A stretch of DNA of 63,471 nucleotides, counting the filler, from Octopus bimaculoides (Eukaryota), in NCBI RefSeq assembly GCF_001194135.2. It is 6 parts of 4 records of this genome, joined end to end, with 100 filler letters (N's around TTAATTAATTAA, not from the genome) between each part and the next. Parts side by side here need not be neighbours in the genome. Positions count along the whole stretch, not along the records: positions 45,904 to 55,933 come from NC_068993.1; positions 56,034 to 61,199 come from NC_069003.1; positions 61,300 to 63,471 come from NC_069008.1; 3 more parts are not named here. The stretch is one strand, 5' to 3'. Made by a program: the position numbers and the translations under genes. Under the pieces are notes generated by a model. The model was not told the DNA's origin and made no database searches. It worked only from the letters and a program-made list of their open reading frames with translations. Shown here piece after piece: positions 50,942 to 63,456 of this stretch (position 1 is the stretch's first letter; each line of letters starts with the position of its first letter).

Positions 50942-51101
50942 GTCAATTAGATCGACCTCAGTATGCAACTTAATTTATCGAACCCGAAAGGAGGAAAGGC
51001 AATGTCGACCTCGGCGGAATTTGAACTCAGAACGTAAAGACAGACGAAATACCGTTAAGCATTTCGCCCGGCATGCTAACGTTTCAGCCAGCTCACCGCC
51101 T
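50942..51101 (-). mobile_element. SINE family B
   Basis: Family B consensus in reverse. Confidence 0.85.
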
Positions 51102-52332
51102 TATGTTAATTTACTATTGTAAATGGATTTATTTGTGTCAGAATTTATTGGTAGAATATACAGGTTTACACATGTACACATATCTACTTACTCTCATGCA
51201 ACACTTGTATTTGCAACAAGTCTATACTTACATATAAAATGCATCCCGTATTTCATAAACTGCTTGTTTCACTCACTGGATTTTAGCCATACTGGGATAC
51301 GTGTTTCAGTCATTGGATTGTCGCCATGCTGGGATACTGCCTTGAAAGGTTTAGTCGAGCAAGTAGACCACAGAACTCATATTTTGAATCTGATATTTAT
51401 TCTTTCTTCCACATTTGTTGAACCGCTAATTTACGGAGAACGTTGAAAAACCAACACTGGTTGTTAAGCGGTAGTTGGGTAGAAACACAAGCACAGACAC
51501 ACGCACACATACATACATACATACATACATACATACATACATACACAGAGCAATTATAATGTTATGAATTAAACAACCTTAACTATGGAACGAAACTAAA
51601 GACATTTTTGAAATCTTTAACACAATGAAACAAGTAAGAACGCTATGAATTAAGTGACTTTTTGTATGGAACGAAGTCAAAGACGTGATTAAAATCTTTT
51701 ATATTACAGAACGAATTGGAGTGTTTTGGGTAACTTTACTTAAATATGAAACAAAGTTAAGGATGTAACCGAAATTATATGACGCTGTGGTAGTTTGTGT
51801 GTCTCGATGCCCTTGAGAGCCATGCCAGCGATGCACAAGCTCCTTGTTGTGTATCGCATGCTGAACGAGACAAAAAATAGAAGCCTGACTAATATTGACC
51901 TCATCTTACTGGAGTCACAAATAGGTTTTCGTGGGTAGGGTAAAATAAACCAATCTAGAAAAAGAGAAAGTTACAGAAGCCTCGGTGACAATTCAAAACC
52001 AACAGGACCTGGAGATAACAGCTCTTAGTCTAGAACAGCGGAGAAAAAGGGTCGATGGCCTCTGTTCCATTCAGAGAGAAGGGCTTAAGTAAGTATATTT
52101 GAAGCATTACCATTGAAAGTTTATTAAAGAAAAGTATTGAGGGGCCATGGTTTTATTCAAAATTTCGTCTTGACAGACATAGAAAGCTAGCTAGATATTT
52201 CCTGATAAAACAGAATCAAGCAAACAGATTACCGCATGCAAGATTTCCAAATTTGGGTTACGGGTAATGGCACGTGTACGCTACAAGAGCTCCCGGGACG
52301 ACCAATGTCTTACGTGTGTGTGTGTACGTGTA

Positions 52333-52381
<49 letters not shown>

Positions 52382-54399
52382 NNNNNNNNNNNNNNNNNNN
52401 NNNNNNNNNNNNNNNNNNNNNNNNNNNNNNNNNNNNNNNNNNNNNNNNNNNNNNNNNNNNNNNNNNNNNNNNNNNNNNNNNNNNNNNNNNNNNNNNNNNN
52501 NNNNNNNNNNNNNNNNNNNNNNNNNNNNNNNNNNNNNNNNNNNNNNNNNNNNNNNNNNNNNNNNNNNNNNNNNNNNNNNNNNNNNNNNNNNNNNNNNNNN
52601 NNNNNNNNNNNNNNNNNNNNNNNNNNNNNNNNNNNNNNNNNNNNNNNNNNNNNNNNNNNNNNNNNNNNNNNNNNNNNNNNNNNNNNNNNNNNNNNNNNNN
52701 NNNNNNNNNNNNNNNNNNNNNNNNNNNNNNNNNNNNNNNNNNNNNNNNNNNNNNNNNNNNNNNNNNNNNNNNNNNNNNNNNNNNNNNNNNNNNNNNNNNN
52801 NNNNNNNNNNNNNNNNNNNNNNNNNNNNNNNNNNNNNNNNNNNNNNNNNNNNNNNNNNNNNNNNNNNNNNNNNNNNNNNNNNNNNNNNNNNNNNNNNNNN
52901 NNNNNNNNNNNNNNNNNNNNNNNNNNNNNNNNNNNNNNNNNNNNNNNNNNNNNNNNNNNNNNNNNNNNNNNNNNNNNNNNNNNNNNNNNNNNNNNNNNNN
53001 NNNNNNNNNNNNNNNNNNNNNNNNNNNNNNNNNNNNNNNNNNNNNNNNNNNNNNNNNNNNNNNNNNNNNNNNNNNNNNNNNNNNNNNNNNNNNNNNNNNN
53101 NNNNNNNNNNNNNNNNNNNNNNNNNNNNNNNNNNNNNNNNNNNNNNNNNNNNNNNNNNNNNNNNNNNNNNNNNNNNNNNNNNNNNNNNNNNNNNNNNNNN
53201 NNNNNNNNNNNNNNNNNNNNNNNNNNNNNNNNNNNNNNNNNNNNNNNNNNNNNNNNNNNNNNNNNNNNNNNNNNNNNNNNNNNNNNNNNNNNNNNNNNNN
53301 NNNNNNNNNNNNNNNNNNNNNNNNNNNNNNNNNNNNNNNNNNNNNNNNNNNNNNNNGTAATATTTCTGTAAATTGATGTCAAGAATTATGCGTTCATGTT
53401 TCTGGTGTAATCTCCACTTTGAAAGAAACAGATAAACTTCTAGAATTATTTTTAATAAATATAATACAAACATTGCATTTATTTTTTCTGTTTTTGTTTT
53501 TGTTGTTTAACGTTAAGATGACTCAAATCGAACAATTCTATGATGATTGATGATGGAAGTCGTTCAACTGATATGCGGTGACTTTAATGCTAGAAATAGT
53601 AGCCAAATCTTACGGTGCGCATTGATGCCGTCGAGAGGTAGGCCCCGAAACGGCGCGCATTCTTTCCTGATGACCCCATGCACTTGCTGGCTTCCGGTAT
53701 GCGGAGTTCTTGACTGGTAGCACTTGCATGTGCGAGTTGTTTGCAAGACATTTTGTTGTGAAGGCGTTAGATTGACAGGATCATTAAAACATGGTACTTT
53801 AAAATGTCTTGTGGTACTTGTTTCAACTTCTTGTGTTCTGATTTCAAATCATGCTGTGGTCAACTTTACCTTTCGTCCTTATAGGATCGATAAAATAAAG
53901 AATTAATCAATGAAGTGTTGGAGTCGATATCATTGACTAAACCCTCCTCTCAGATTTGTGATCTTGTACCCGTGTAAGAAACGATTATTTAGTCATTGTA
54001 GTTGTTTTCACTCAATTCAATTCTGATACGGAAGAGCATCCCCTCGTCTGAGGAAAAAACGGATTAAGCATCGAAGAATGACCTTCCATGCGTTCGATAA
54101 TTAAAATATCAGTCATATACTGAGGTCGATAGAATTGACCACATTCCCTCCTTCATAAACGTGTGTTAACGCGATATCATTAGAAATTGCCATTTAGTTT
54201 CAACTCAATACATTGCGAGTTCAAATTTCAACAGATAGGGCATCACTTCTTATTCCTTCCACTGTCGATAAAATAACTTCAAGACACGATTTCTTGTAGG
54301 AATTTTTTTTGGTAAAGTTCCTATTTATTAATTTACGGAAACGAGAATTTTTAAGACGTTCTTTCTCTTAATTAATTTTCAAATATTATTTTTCTCTCT

Positions 54400-55015
54400 T
54401 CCTCTCTCTCTTTCACTCTCTGTCTCCCCGTCACTGTCTCCGCACCAGTCTCTCTTTCTCTCTCTCTCTTTCTCTCTTTCTTTTTCTCAGTCTCTCTCCT
54501 TCTTTCTATTTTATTATAAATAAATAATAAATAAATAAATGATAAAGCTGTTTTATTGTTTTTCGTCTTCTTTTTAATCTCATTTTCTACTCACCCCATT
54601 CGTTTCCCTCCCTCCACTGTCGTCTGCCACTATTTTTCTCTCTAACCTCCATCTTTTTATTTCTCTTTCCCTCTCTCCTCTCTCTCACACTCTATCGCTC
54701 TTTCTCTTCCTTGCTTTTTCTCTTTGTCACGCTCTTTCTCTCTCTCTCGCTCTTCCTTTATATCTCTCTTACACTACACTGTCTCTCTATTTATCTATTT
54801 TCTTCACTCCCTCTCTCATATTTGACATACTTTCACTTTCACTTTATAACCTTCTCTGTCTTTTAATTCCATCTCTCTTTTTCTCCCCCCCTCTCTCTCT
54901 CTCTGTCAGTCACATCCAGACTCCCGCTCTCTTTTCTCCCAACTTCATCACTTTCTTCCTCTCCCTCTTTCTCTCTCGACACCCCTCTCTTTCTTCGCCT
55001 CTTTCTCTCACTGAT
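54400..55015. repeat. Degenerate CT-rich low-complexity region
   Basis: About 600 bp of polypyrimidine on the + strand. Confidence 0.85.
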
Positions 55016-55686
55016 TCCGTGTTGTCGCCGACAAACTTTCATATACGCATCTATAAAAACTATTTAATTATTTATTTTATTTACACATCTCATAAATATT
55101 CATTTGAAATAATCGCTCGAGAAAGAATTTGCGTATATCGATCGAATTTAAGTTGTGAGGACAGTATTTTGAAATTTGACATAATTATTTTTAACATTTC
55201 AAACAAGACTACACATTTGCAAGGAAGAGATAAAGGCGACTCAGCTAACCTAATTGCAAGAAGCTCTTCTACGTGGTCACTCGCATGGGTAGAAATAACA
55301 GCAAAATCTTCCCTTAAATTACACCCTACCATCTGGAAAAAAACCCCCAAAAACAAACAAAACGACAACTATGAATGGCGTATTCCTGGTGTATTATGGA
55401 GTGGTAGAAATAACAGCAAATTCTTCCCTCAAAAGACGATCTAATATCTATGTCTCTCTAAAGTATTTTCATAAGTTTGTCCTAAACGTTCACATTTATT
55501 TTCACACTTTTAGCTAACGTCTTCTTTCACTTGCTCTGAGTAATATAAAGCTTGCCTTACATAAGCCCCAAGTTACTCTAGCGTTTAAACAAAATTAGAA
55601 TGTACATCATACATGATGCTTGGACTCTAGGAAAATGTGATATACAGGATAGGCAAAAGTAAAAAAAAAAAAACACTTGGATACTC

Positions 55687-55933
55687 TCTTTTACTCTTTT
55701 ACTTGTTTCAGTCATTTGACTGCGGCCATGCTGGAGCACCGCCTTTAGTCGAGCAAATCGACCTCAGGACTTATTCTTTGTAAGCCTAGTACTTATTCTA
55801 TCGGTCGCTTTTGCCGAACCGCTAAGTTACGGGGGACGTAAACACGCCAACATCGGTTGTCGGGCGATGTTGAGGGGACAAACACAGACACACAAACACA
55901 TGCACACACACGCACATACATACATATATATAT
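55687..55933 (-). mobile_element. SINE family A, 3' half
   Basis: Reads ttactcttttacttgtttcagtcatttgactgcggccatgctggagcacc and onward. Confidence 0.88.
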
Positions 55934-56033
55934 NNNNNNNNNNNNNNNNNNNNNNNNNNNNNNNNNNNNNNNNNNNNTTAATTAATTAANNNNNNNNNNN
56001 NNNNNNNNNNNNNNNNNNNNNNNNNNNNNNNNN

Positions 56034-56115
56034 TAGTTAGGGTTAAGGTTTTAGGATTAGGGTTAGGATTTTAGGGTTAGGGTTATAGAAACGAAGGTTT
56101 TAGGGTTAGGGTTAT
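56034..56115 (+). repeat. Degenerate interstitial (TTAGGG)n-like tract
   Basis: Multiple ttaggg, ttaagg and ttagga units next to a gap. A shorter tract lies at 16981-17000. Confidence 0.8.
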
Positions 56116-56441
56116 GGAAACAAAGTCAAAAATGAAGAAATTGAGGGGGAAGTGGGGACGAAATATCAAAATGCCGATTTTTGGCAATTTTCCGGATTCT
56201 CCGTATCCGAAAACGGGGATTTTTGGCAAAAAAAAAAGAAAATAATAATACTAAATAAATAAAAATAAAACAAAATTCGGAGAAAATGGTGGAAAACGGG
56301 AGGGAGTCTTTCCGACAGTTATCCAAGGCACCGCGCAATAAGACAAAATTGAACCTGAAACTATTTGGTTGCAGACCAAGCTTCTTAACCTCATAACCAT
56401 ATCTGCACTCATAATTTAAAAAAAAATGTTTATTCTTTCAG

Positions 56442-56633
56442 GTACAGCACGGTGTTTCTTTGGAGGCGCAGTCAGAGCGAATAATTTAGAGATTCCCATT
56501 GAAGTAAAGCCTCTTCCAAGAGTTGAAATTACCCCCAACCCAATATATGTAGAGGAAGGAAAAAAAGTTGACGTGTCTTGTTCCATTACCAACAACGTGA
56601 ATGGCAAAGTCTATATCAATTCCACTAAAGCAG
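56442..56633 (+). CDS. Adhesion GPCR-like gene, internal exon: end of one Ig-like domain and first half of the next
   Basis: Acceptor tttattctttcag, donor GCAG|gtattg, 192 nt, phase 1-1. Translates GTARCFFGGAVRANNLEIPIEVKPLPRVEITPNPIYVEEGKKVDVSCSITNNVNGKVYINSTKA, with Ig A/A'/B strand pattern (P.V.ITP..I.V.EG..V.VSC). Confidence 0.88.
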
Positions 56634-56684
56634 GTATTGTACAGCTCTTATGTGTATTTTTGTGTGTGAGTGTGTAGTGTGTGT

Positions 56685-56767
<83 letters not shown>

Positions 56768-56870
56768 AAATCCCTGCGAAATCAATTTCAGCATATTTCT
56801 TCTTAAATAATATGTATGTATGTATGTATGTATGTATCTATCTATCTATCTATCTGTTTAAATAATAACA

Positions 56871-56906
<36 letters not shown>

Positions 56907-58111
56907 GCTCTGATTCAGTACCAGGCATTGGCTGTCATGGCTTCTAATTGTAAGTGATTGGAAGTGTTATCATGCACATTGTTTTGTCTTAGTATGAAAA
57001 AATGAGCTACAGCAAATATTCTGCTTAGTACCACAGATTTGCTTGTCTGTTGTTTGACTTTAACCAGTTGAGCTTGTCCCCTGGTGGCTGACAATATGTG
57101 CATCTCTGATCATGAGCAGGAGTAGTGGGGGAGCATCATAGTCACGTGTTGAAAGGAATTCTTTGGGGTTTGAATAATTCACCTCTAGAAACATGGATGT
57201 TTTGTTCAACATCTTTAAACGACACTTATTCAGGGACCTTTTGAGTGGGATGGGCTACTCGACATGAAGAAATTTCTAACTGGGTATCACCTGAAAAGTC
57301 ATGTGCTGTTTATCTTTATATGACGGGTAGTCACGATGGGTGTATTGGATTTCGTATATTTTATCCTGAAATGTGATGAAAAGTTGGCCAGCTTCAAAAC
57401 AATGGTGTTCAGGTGACAAAAGCAAAGTTTGAAGGGGATAGTAGTCATTTCCTTTGACTTCTAGACAGAAGCAAATAGGAAATAACACTTACTGACCAAA
57501 GAAAAAAGATAAATAAACAAATAAGTGAATTAAAAAATAACAATTTTGTCACACTGTTATTTCTTATGACTTGTACACACACACACACANNNNNNNNNNN
57601 NNNNNNNNNNNNNNNNNNNNNNNNNNNNNNNNNNNNNNNNNNNNNNNNNNNNNNNNNNNNNNNNNNNNNNNNNNNNNNNNNNNNNNNNNNNNNNNNNNNN
57701 NNNNNNNNNNNNNNNNNNNNNNNNNNNNNNNNNNNNNNNNNNNNNNNNNNNNNNNNNNNNNNNNNNNNNNNNNNNNNNNNNNNNNNNNNNNNNNNNNNNN
57801 NNNNNNNNNNNNNNNNNNNNNNNNNNNNNNNNNNNNNNNNNNNNNNNNNNNNNNNNNNNNNNNNNNNNNNNNNNNNNNNNNNNNNNNNNNNNNNNNNNNN
57901 NNNNNNNNNNNNNNNNNNNNNNNNNNNNNNNNNNNNNNNNNNNNNNNNNNNNNNNNNNNNNNNNNNNNNNNNNNNNNNNNNNNNNNNNNNNNNNNNNNNN
58001 NNNNNNNNNNNNNNNNNNNNNNNNNNNNNNNNNNNNNNNNNNNNNNNNNNNNNNNNNNNNNNNNNNNNNNTATATATATATATATATTATTTTTCTTTTT
58101 ATTCAACTCAG

Positions 58112-58240
58112 CTGAAGGAGGAAACACTGCTAAAATTACTTTAGACAGAGTAACAAAAGATCAGTCTATTATTTGCTACGCTGTAACTGATGATCAGAGA
58201 GGACCGATAAAGAAAGCAGTACTTGAATTTATTGCTCAAG
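58112..58240 (+). CDS. Adhesion GPCR-like gene, exon: second half of Ig-like domain
   Basis: Acceptor ttttctttttattcaactcag, donor CAAG|gtacgt, 129 nt, phase 1-1. Translates AEGGNTAKITLDRVTKDQSIICYAVTDDQRGPIKKAVLEFIAQ, supplying the F-strand Cys that would pair with VSC of the previous exon. Confidence 0.88.
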
Positions 58241-58847
58241 GTACGTTTTACATGCCTATCATTATGTTTTTTTCTTTTTACTCATTTATTCTTTTACTTG
58301 TTTCAGTCATTTGACTGCAGCCATGCTGGAGCACAACCTTAAGTGTTTCTCTTTAATCGTTTGTGTGTTTCAGTCATTGGATTGAGAGCATGCTGGGGCA
58401 GCGCCCTGAAGGGTTTTGGTCAAACACATCAATCCTAGTACTTGATAAGTTTTAATAATAATAAAATAAATGCGCCCTTTTAAAGCCTAGCCAGGCTCAT
58501 GGGCCCGGTTTCCCGATATCAATGGCGTGCATATGACGGTTTATTACTGTTTGGCACAGACCAGAAAACAGTTTGTTCAGGGAATTTAGAAACAAGGCCT
58601 CGAGTGTGGGATAGAATTATTAGTCCAGGAATATTACTTCTGGCTGGCAAGACACAGCAATGTTGAAACACCAGAGTCCTTTGCACTAATGAATCGGTCT
58701 TATTATGAACTCAAGTTCATCATGAAGGAGTTGTTCTGCAACGAAACACACCACTGATTAGCAAAATTACGTTCGAAACACCGAACGAGTATTAAGAATG
58801 AGTATGTATGTTATGGTTTCGATTCTTATATAATTTCTGTTCTGCAG

Positions 58848-58949
58848 GGGCGAAGATGTGCAGCAATTCAACAGACAATGACGGAAATAAATGGCCACAG
58901 ACAGCTTCTGGCAAAACAGCCAAGATTCTATGTGAAGGAGACTATACAG
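58848..58949 (+). CDS. Adhesion GPCR-like gene, exon: N-terminal half of HRM (HormR) domain
   Basis: Acceptor atttctgttctgcag, donor ACAG|gtattc, 102 nt, phase 1-1. Manual translation GAKMCSNSTDNDGNKWPQTASGKTAKILCEGDYT matches the C..G..WP.T..G..A...C pattern. The ORF track shows only a different frame here. Confidence 0.92.
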
Positions 58950-59274
58950 GTATTCATTGATTTATTATTTCACATTTCTGAACGGTTGCGCGCGCACACA
59001 CACACCATCTCTCTCTCGCACACACACACACACACACACACGTGTTTATGTATTCGTATATTCATATATAGTAAGAGACTCTCAAAATGAGAGGGTCAAC
59101 GCACATTCCACATTTTTGTCTTTTTTTCTGAACAAAATTTTAAATTTTCAATTCAACTGAAAAAATGGTTTGTTTCATGGCGTAAACAACCTGATAATCA
59201 ATTAAAGAAATAAGTGTTTGAAACAACTGTAGGTTCACTATATATACTTGTATGTATGTACATACATACATAAT

Positions 59275-59586
59275 ATATACGACAGGCGTCTTTCAGTTTC
59301 CGTTCACTAATTCCTCTTAAAAGGCGTTGGTCACCCCGAGGCTATAGTAGAAGACACTTGCCTATAGTAGAAGATACTTGCCCGGAACTATGTGGTTAGG
59401 AAGCAAGCGTCTTATTTCTTTACTGCCCACAAGGGACCAAACATAGAGGGGACATCGACCCCAGTGCGTAACTGGTACTTAATTTATCGACCCCGAAAGG
59501 ATGAAAAGCAAAGTCGATCTCGGCGGAATTCGAACTCAGAATGTAACGGCAGACGAAATACCGCTAAGCATTTTGCCCGGCGTGCT
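59275..59586 (-). mobile_element. Adjacent family A and family B SINE fragments
   Basis: Family A 5' half to about 59412, then a family B copy to 59586. Confidence 0.8.
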
Positions 59587-59994
59587 ACAGAAATGTTAAT
59601 GTAAAAATGGAAAACAGATTAGGTTTATCCGCGGAAAGAAAAGCCTACGGAAAAGACCACGGTAGCCTTGGGCAATAATGTCATGCAAAAANNNNNNNNN
59701 NNNNNNNNNNNNNNNNNNNNNNNNNNNNNNNNNNNNNNNNNNNNNNNNNNNNNNNNNNNNNNNNNNNNNNNNNNNNNNNNNNNNNNNNNNNNNNNNNNNN
59801 NNNNNNNNNNNNNNNNNNNNNNNNNNNNNNNNNNNNNNNNNNNNNNNNNNNNNNNNNNNNNNNNTAACGTTTCTGCCAGCTCACCGCCTTTTTATCACAT
59901 AGCCTACGCCTACCATAAACAACTCATCTGTGCAGTTTGTTGAACAAGAATTTGCAGAATCTCCAGAGGCTATCCAGTCATTAATACAAGTCGA

Positions 59995-60203
59995 AGGCGG
60001 CGAGAAACGTTAGCAAACCGGGCGAAATGCTTAGCTGTATTTCGCTAACTTTTACCTTCTGAGTTCAAATTCAGCCGAGGTCGACTTTGGCTTTCATCCT
60101 TTCGGGGTTGATAAATTAAGTACATGTTGCGTACTGAGGTCGATCTGATCCACTGACCCCCTCCCGCAAAATTTCGGGCCTTGTGCTTAGAGTAGAAAAG
60201 AAT
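59995..60203 (+). mobile_element. SINE family B, full length
   Basis: Family B consensus, inverted relative to the 59415-59586 copy. Confidence 0.88.
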
Positions 60204-60763
60204 ACTATTACAAGTCGGTCATTTAACATTGCAATTTGTTAACAATAGTGTCTTGGATTTCCAACAGGCATATTACTGGTTTATTGCATGTCTACTGAAG
60301 AATGTAACAAAGGAGTTTCAGTGAGTCGGAGCAGAACAAATATCACTGGGGACTTCGTTAAGAAAGTACCTGTATATTGACTTTTTGCCAGGTTTTTAAG
60401 GTATTTTTTGGCCTCTTTTAGGTAGCGGAGAGGACCGAGTAGTGGTGATAAATGCCTATAGCTGTCCTCTACCACATATTTACTTTTGTGACTGCGGTCG
60501 ACCTGAGATTCCAGGCTGTAAGACTGAACCCGAAATCATATGATTGAAAAGTGAATTATTTACAACACAGACAGGCTTTTGAACTGATTAATTTTGATTC
60601 TTGCAAGTGTCGATTAAAAACAATGCTTGCCAAACAAAAAGCAAAATAAAAAGAATAAAGTTCTAGTGCTCCCCCCGACTCCAATCAAAAAACAAAAAAG
60701 TTTAAAAAAATAAAATAAAGGAATCGGCAATCTCATTATTATTCTTCATGTTTTCCGTTGCAG

Positions 60764-60858
60764 GAATGATTTCTAGATATTGTGCAGAAGATAAAACGTG
60801 GGGCGATCCGAACAAAGAGCATTGTATCAGACGTGTTTTCATCGATATTATCAATAAA
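60764..60858 (+). CDS. Adhesion GPCR-like gene, exon: C-terminal half of HRM domain and probable start of GAIN helices
   Basis: Acceptor ttttccgttgcag, donor AAA|gtaagt, 95 nt, phase 1-0. Translates GMISRYCAEDKTWGDPNKEHCIRRVFIDIINK, matching G...R.C....W..P....C. Confidence 0.92.
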
Positions 60859-60885
60859 GTAAGTGAAATTTTGCTACGATGTTAT

Positions 60886-61050
60886 AGGCGTAGGAGTGGC
60901 TGTGTGGTAAGTAGCTTGCTTACGAACCACATGGTTCCGGGTTCAGTCCCACTGGGTGTCACCTTGGGCAAGTGTCTTATACTATGGCTTCGGGCCGACC
61001 AAAGCCTTGTGAGTGGATTTGGTAGACGGAAACTGAAAGACCCGTCGTAT
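60886..61050 (+). mobile_element. SINE family A, 5' half (young-looking copy)
   Basis: aggcgtaggagtggctgtgtggtaagtagc...ggttccgggttcagtcccact...gacccgtcg. Confidence 0.9.
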
Positions 61051-61053
61051 ATA

Positions 61054-61093
<40 letters not shown>

Positions 61094-61096
<3 letters not shown>

Positions 61097-61186
61097 TAGC
61101 AGAAATACCCGGCGTTGCCCGGGTTAAAGAGAATAATGAAATCTAAAAACGCCGTCTAGACTACGCATCATCTTTATATATAGAGA
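61094..61186. mobile_element. Short Helentron/HINE-like element
   Basis: tactagcagaaatacccggcgttgcccgggt (GC hairpin near one end) ... tctttatatatagag. Confidence 0.55.
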
Positions 61187-62194
61187 TGTATATACACACN
61201 NNNNNNNNNNNNNNNNNNNNNNNNNNNNNNNNNNNNNNNNNNNTTAATTAATTAANNNNNNNNNNNNNNNNNNNNNNNNNNNNNNNNNNNNNNNNNNNNA
61301 TATAGCTCGCTCCGGCCAGTCATGGTATTAGCTGTCAGTAGCCAAAGAATCAACTCAAACCAGCAACAGGCATGCAGGCAGACAGGCAGACAGACACATA
61401 CTTCACTAGCAGTGAGCACTTTCACTTCTGACAGCTAATAGCATGATAGTGCCTACCCGAGAACTACGTTAAGGGTAAACGTGTCTGTGGAGTGCTCAGC
61501 CACTTGCACGTTAATTTCACGAGCAGGCTGTTCCGTTGATTGGATCAACTGGAATCCTCGACGTCGTAAGCGACAGAGTGCCAACAACAACAATAAGTAC
61601 ATTATAAACAAAGAATGAAAATTCCTATAAAATCGCAAAAATACAAAACTACTTTTATGCTTAATATTTTTAGAAGTGTTTTTTTCCTCCAGAATATTCC
61701 TGTGGAAGAACTCTTTCATTTGAGTTCAAATAACATTATTTTTCTCTTAAAAAGCGAAAACATTTTGATTTCTTATAATTATCACCATTTTCCCCTCACT
61801 GAAAGCAAAACAACAGTTTCGTAGCTAATATTTTTTATTTATAAAATTTCCCCCACACCTTTAGAAAACAAGGCTTTCACATCCTTAGAAAACGGGAGAA
61901 AATGGTTAGCTCACTACAACAAAAGATCGAACACGTACTTCTCAATCTCCAACAAAATCATATTGTACTGTTAAACTAAGCGACATATGACTGTAAATGC
62001 CGTCTTTTATAATGTCAAATATCTTAACATGACAAAAATATTTTAATTTGTTAAAATGATCACTTTTCTATGACTTAAAAGCACGTTGCAGTTTTTGTAG
62101 CTAATATATATTAACGAGATTTTCACAAGATTTATCTCATACAGCTCTTTCATTTGAACACAGCTATTGTATAGTTTACTTAAATATTGCTCTC

Positions 62195-62582
62195 AAATTT
62201 TGGCACGAGGAAGGGAGTAAGTCGATTACATCGACTTCAGTGTTCAACCGGTACTTGTTTAATCGAACCCGAAAGGATAAAGGCAAAGCCGAGCCTGGTG
62301 GAATTTGAACTCAGAACATAAAGACAGGACGAAATGCCGTTAAGAATTTCGCCCGTCGTGCTAACGTTTCTTTACTGTCCACAAGGGGCTACACACAGAG
62401 GGGACAAACAAGGACAGACAAAGGCATTAAGTCGATTATATCGACCCCAGTGCGTAACTGGTACTTATTTAAATGACTCCGAAAGGATGAAAGGCAAAGT
62501 CGACCTTGGCGGAATTTGAACTCAGAACGTAGAAGCAGACGAAATACCGCTAAGCATTTCGCCCGGCGTGCTAACGTTTCTG
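62195..62582 (-). mobile_element. Two tandem SINE family B copies
   Basis: Two family B units in reverse, with the junction at about 62368. Confidence 0.88.
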
Positions 62583-62819
62583 ACAACTGGTTTACTTCTG
62601 CCTTGAGTTTACTTCAATATTATCAGAGATATTTCGTTTCAAAGTCAATTTTGGGGATTATTTACCATTTCTTTCCGTCACTTAAAACCTCACAACTTCT
62701 TTTCCTAACAAATGCTTTTTAATGCGGTTACCATCAAAAGATTCTTCTCGGTGAGCGCATTCTTTTACATTCAATCCTAACTGGGCTGTTAATCAACAGT
62801 CTAGTCTAAGGGAAGTAAC

Positions 62820-63246
62820 TCTGAAAACAGAAAGTAGAGAAGCAGCGGTTGGATGGATTGATAGGACAGGTGAGAATGAGATTCAAAGCCAAAAAATCTC
62901 GAAGCGTGGCTTTCATGAAAGGAGTGCAAAAAGAAGTGAAATTCAGGATAAGAGATGAAGATATACCAACGGTGAAGGAACAACCAGTAAAGAGTCTCGG
63001 CAGATGGTATAGAGACTTATTAAATGATAAGAAGCAAGGGAAAGAGACACATGAGTTAGTAGAACAAGGGTTAAAGGCAATTGACAGAACAACACTGCCT
63101 GGAAAATTCAAATGTTGGATACTGCAATTTGGACTGTACCCAAGGATAATGTGGCCATTGCAAATGTACGAAATAGCCTCGAGTAGAGTAGAAAGGATAG
63201 AACAAAGATGCAGTGTGTTTATCAGAAAGTGGCTTGGTCTGCCGAA
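62820..63246 (+). mobile_element. HERO-clade-like non-LTR retrotransposon RT C-terminal fragment
   Basis: FKAKKSRSVAFMKG...IPTVKEQPVKSLGRWY...LPGKFKCWILQFGLYPRIMWPLQMYE...IRKWLGLPK matches the HERO/NeSL-group thumb region. The fragment is interrupted by unrelated sequence after LPK. Confidence 0.8.
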
Positions 63247-63419
63247 ACCACAGCGCACCTTACAAGAAGTCAAAATATTTTGGCACACTTCGTACATAAA
63301 TTCTAAATTTATCCAAAAGGCGTTTTATATATATTAGCATAGCATAAGCTATAAAGTAACATGTAAATAATTAAAAATACAGAAAAATTGCATGTGCAAA
63401 TAATGTTTTGTTTTACAAA

Positions 63420-63456
<37 letters not shown>

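Noticed and set aside
51959-52088. Open frame EKEKVTEASVTIQNQQ... ending at a gtaagt donor
   Set aside because: Purine-rich acceptor and phase 1-2 do not fit the phase-1 Ig exon chain.
62806-63297. 163-aa minus-strand ORF
   Set aside because: Antisense shadow of the HERO-like RT fragment.
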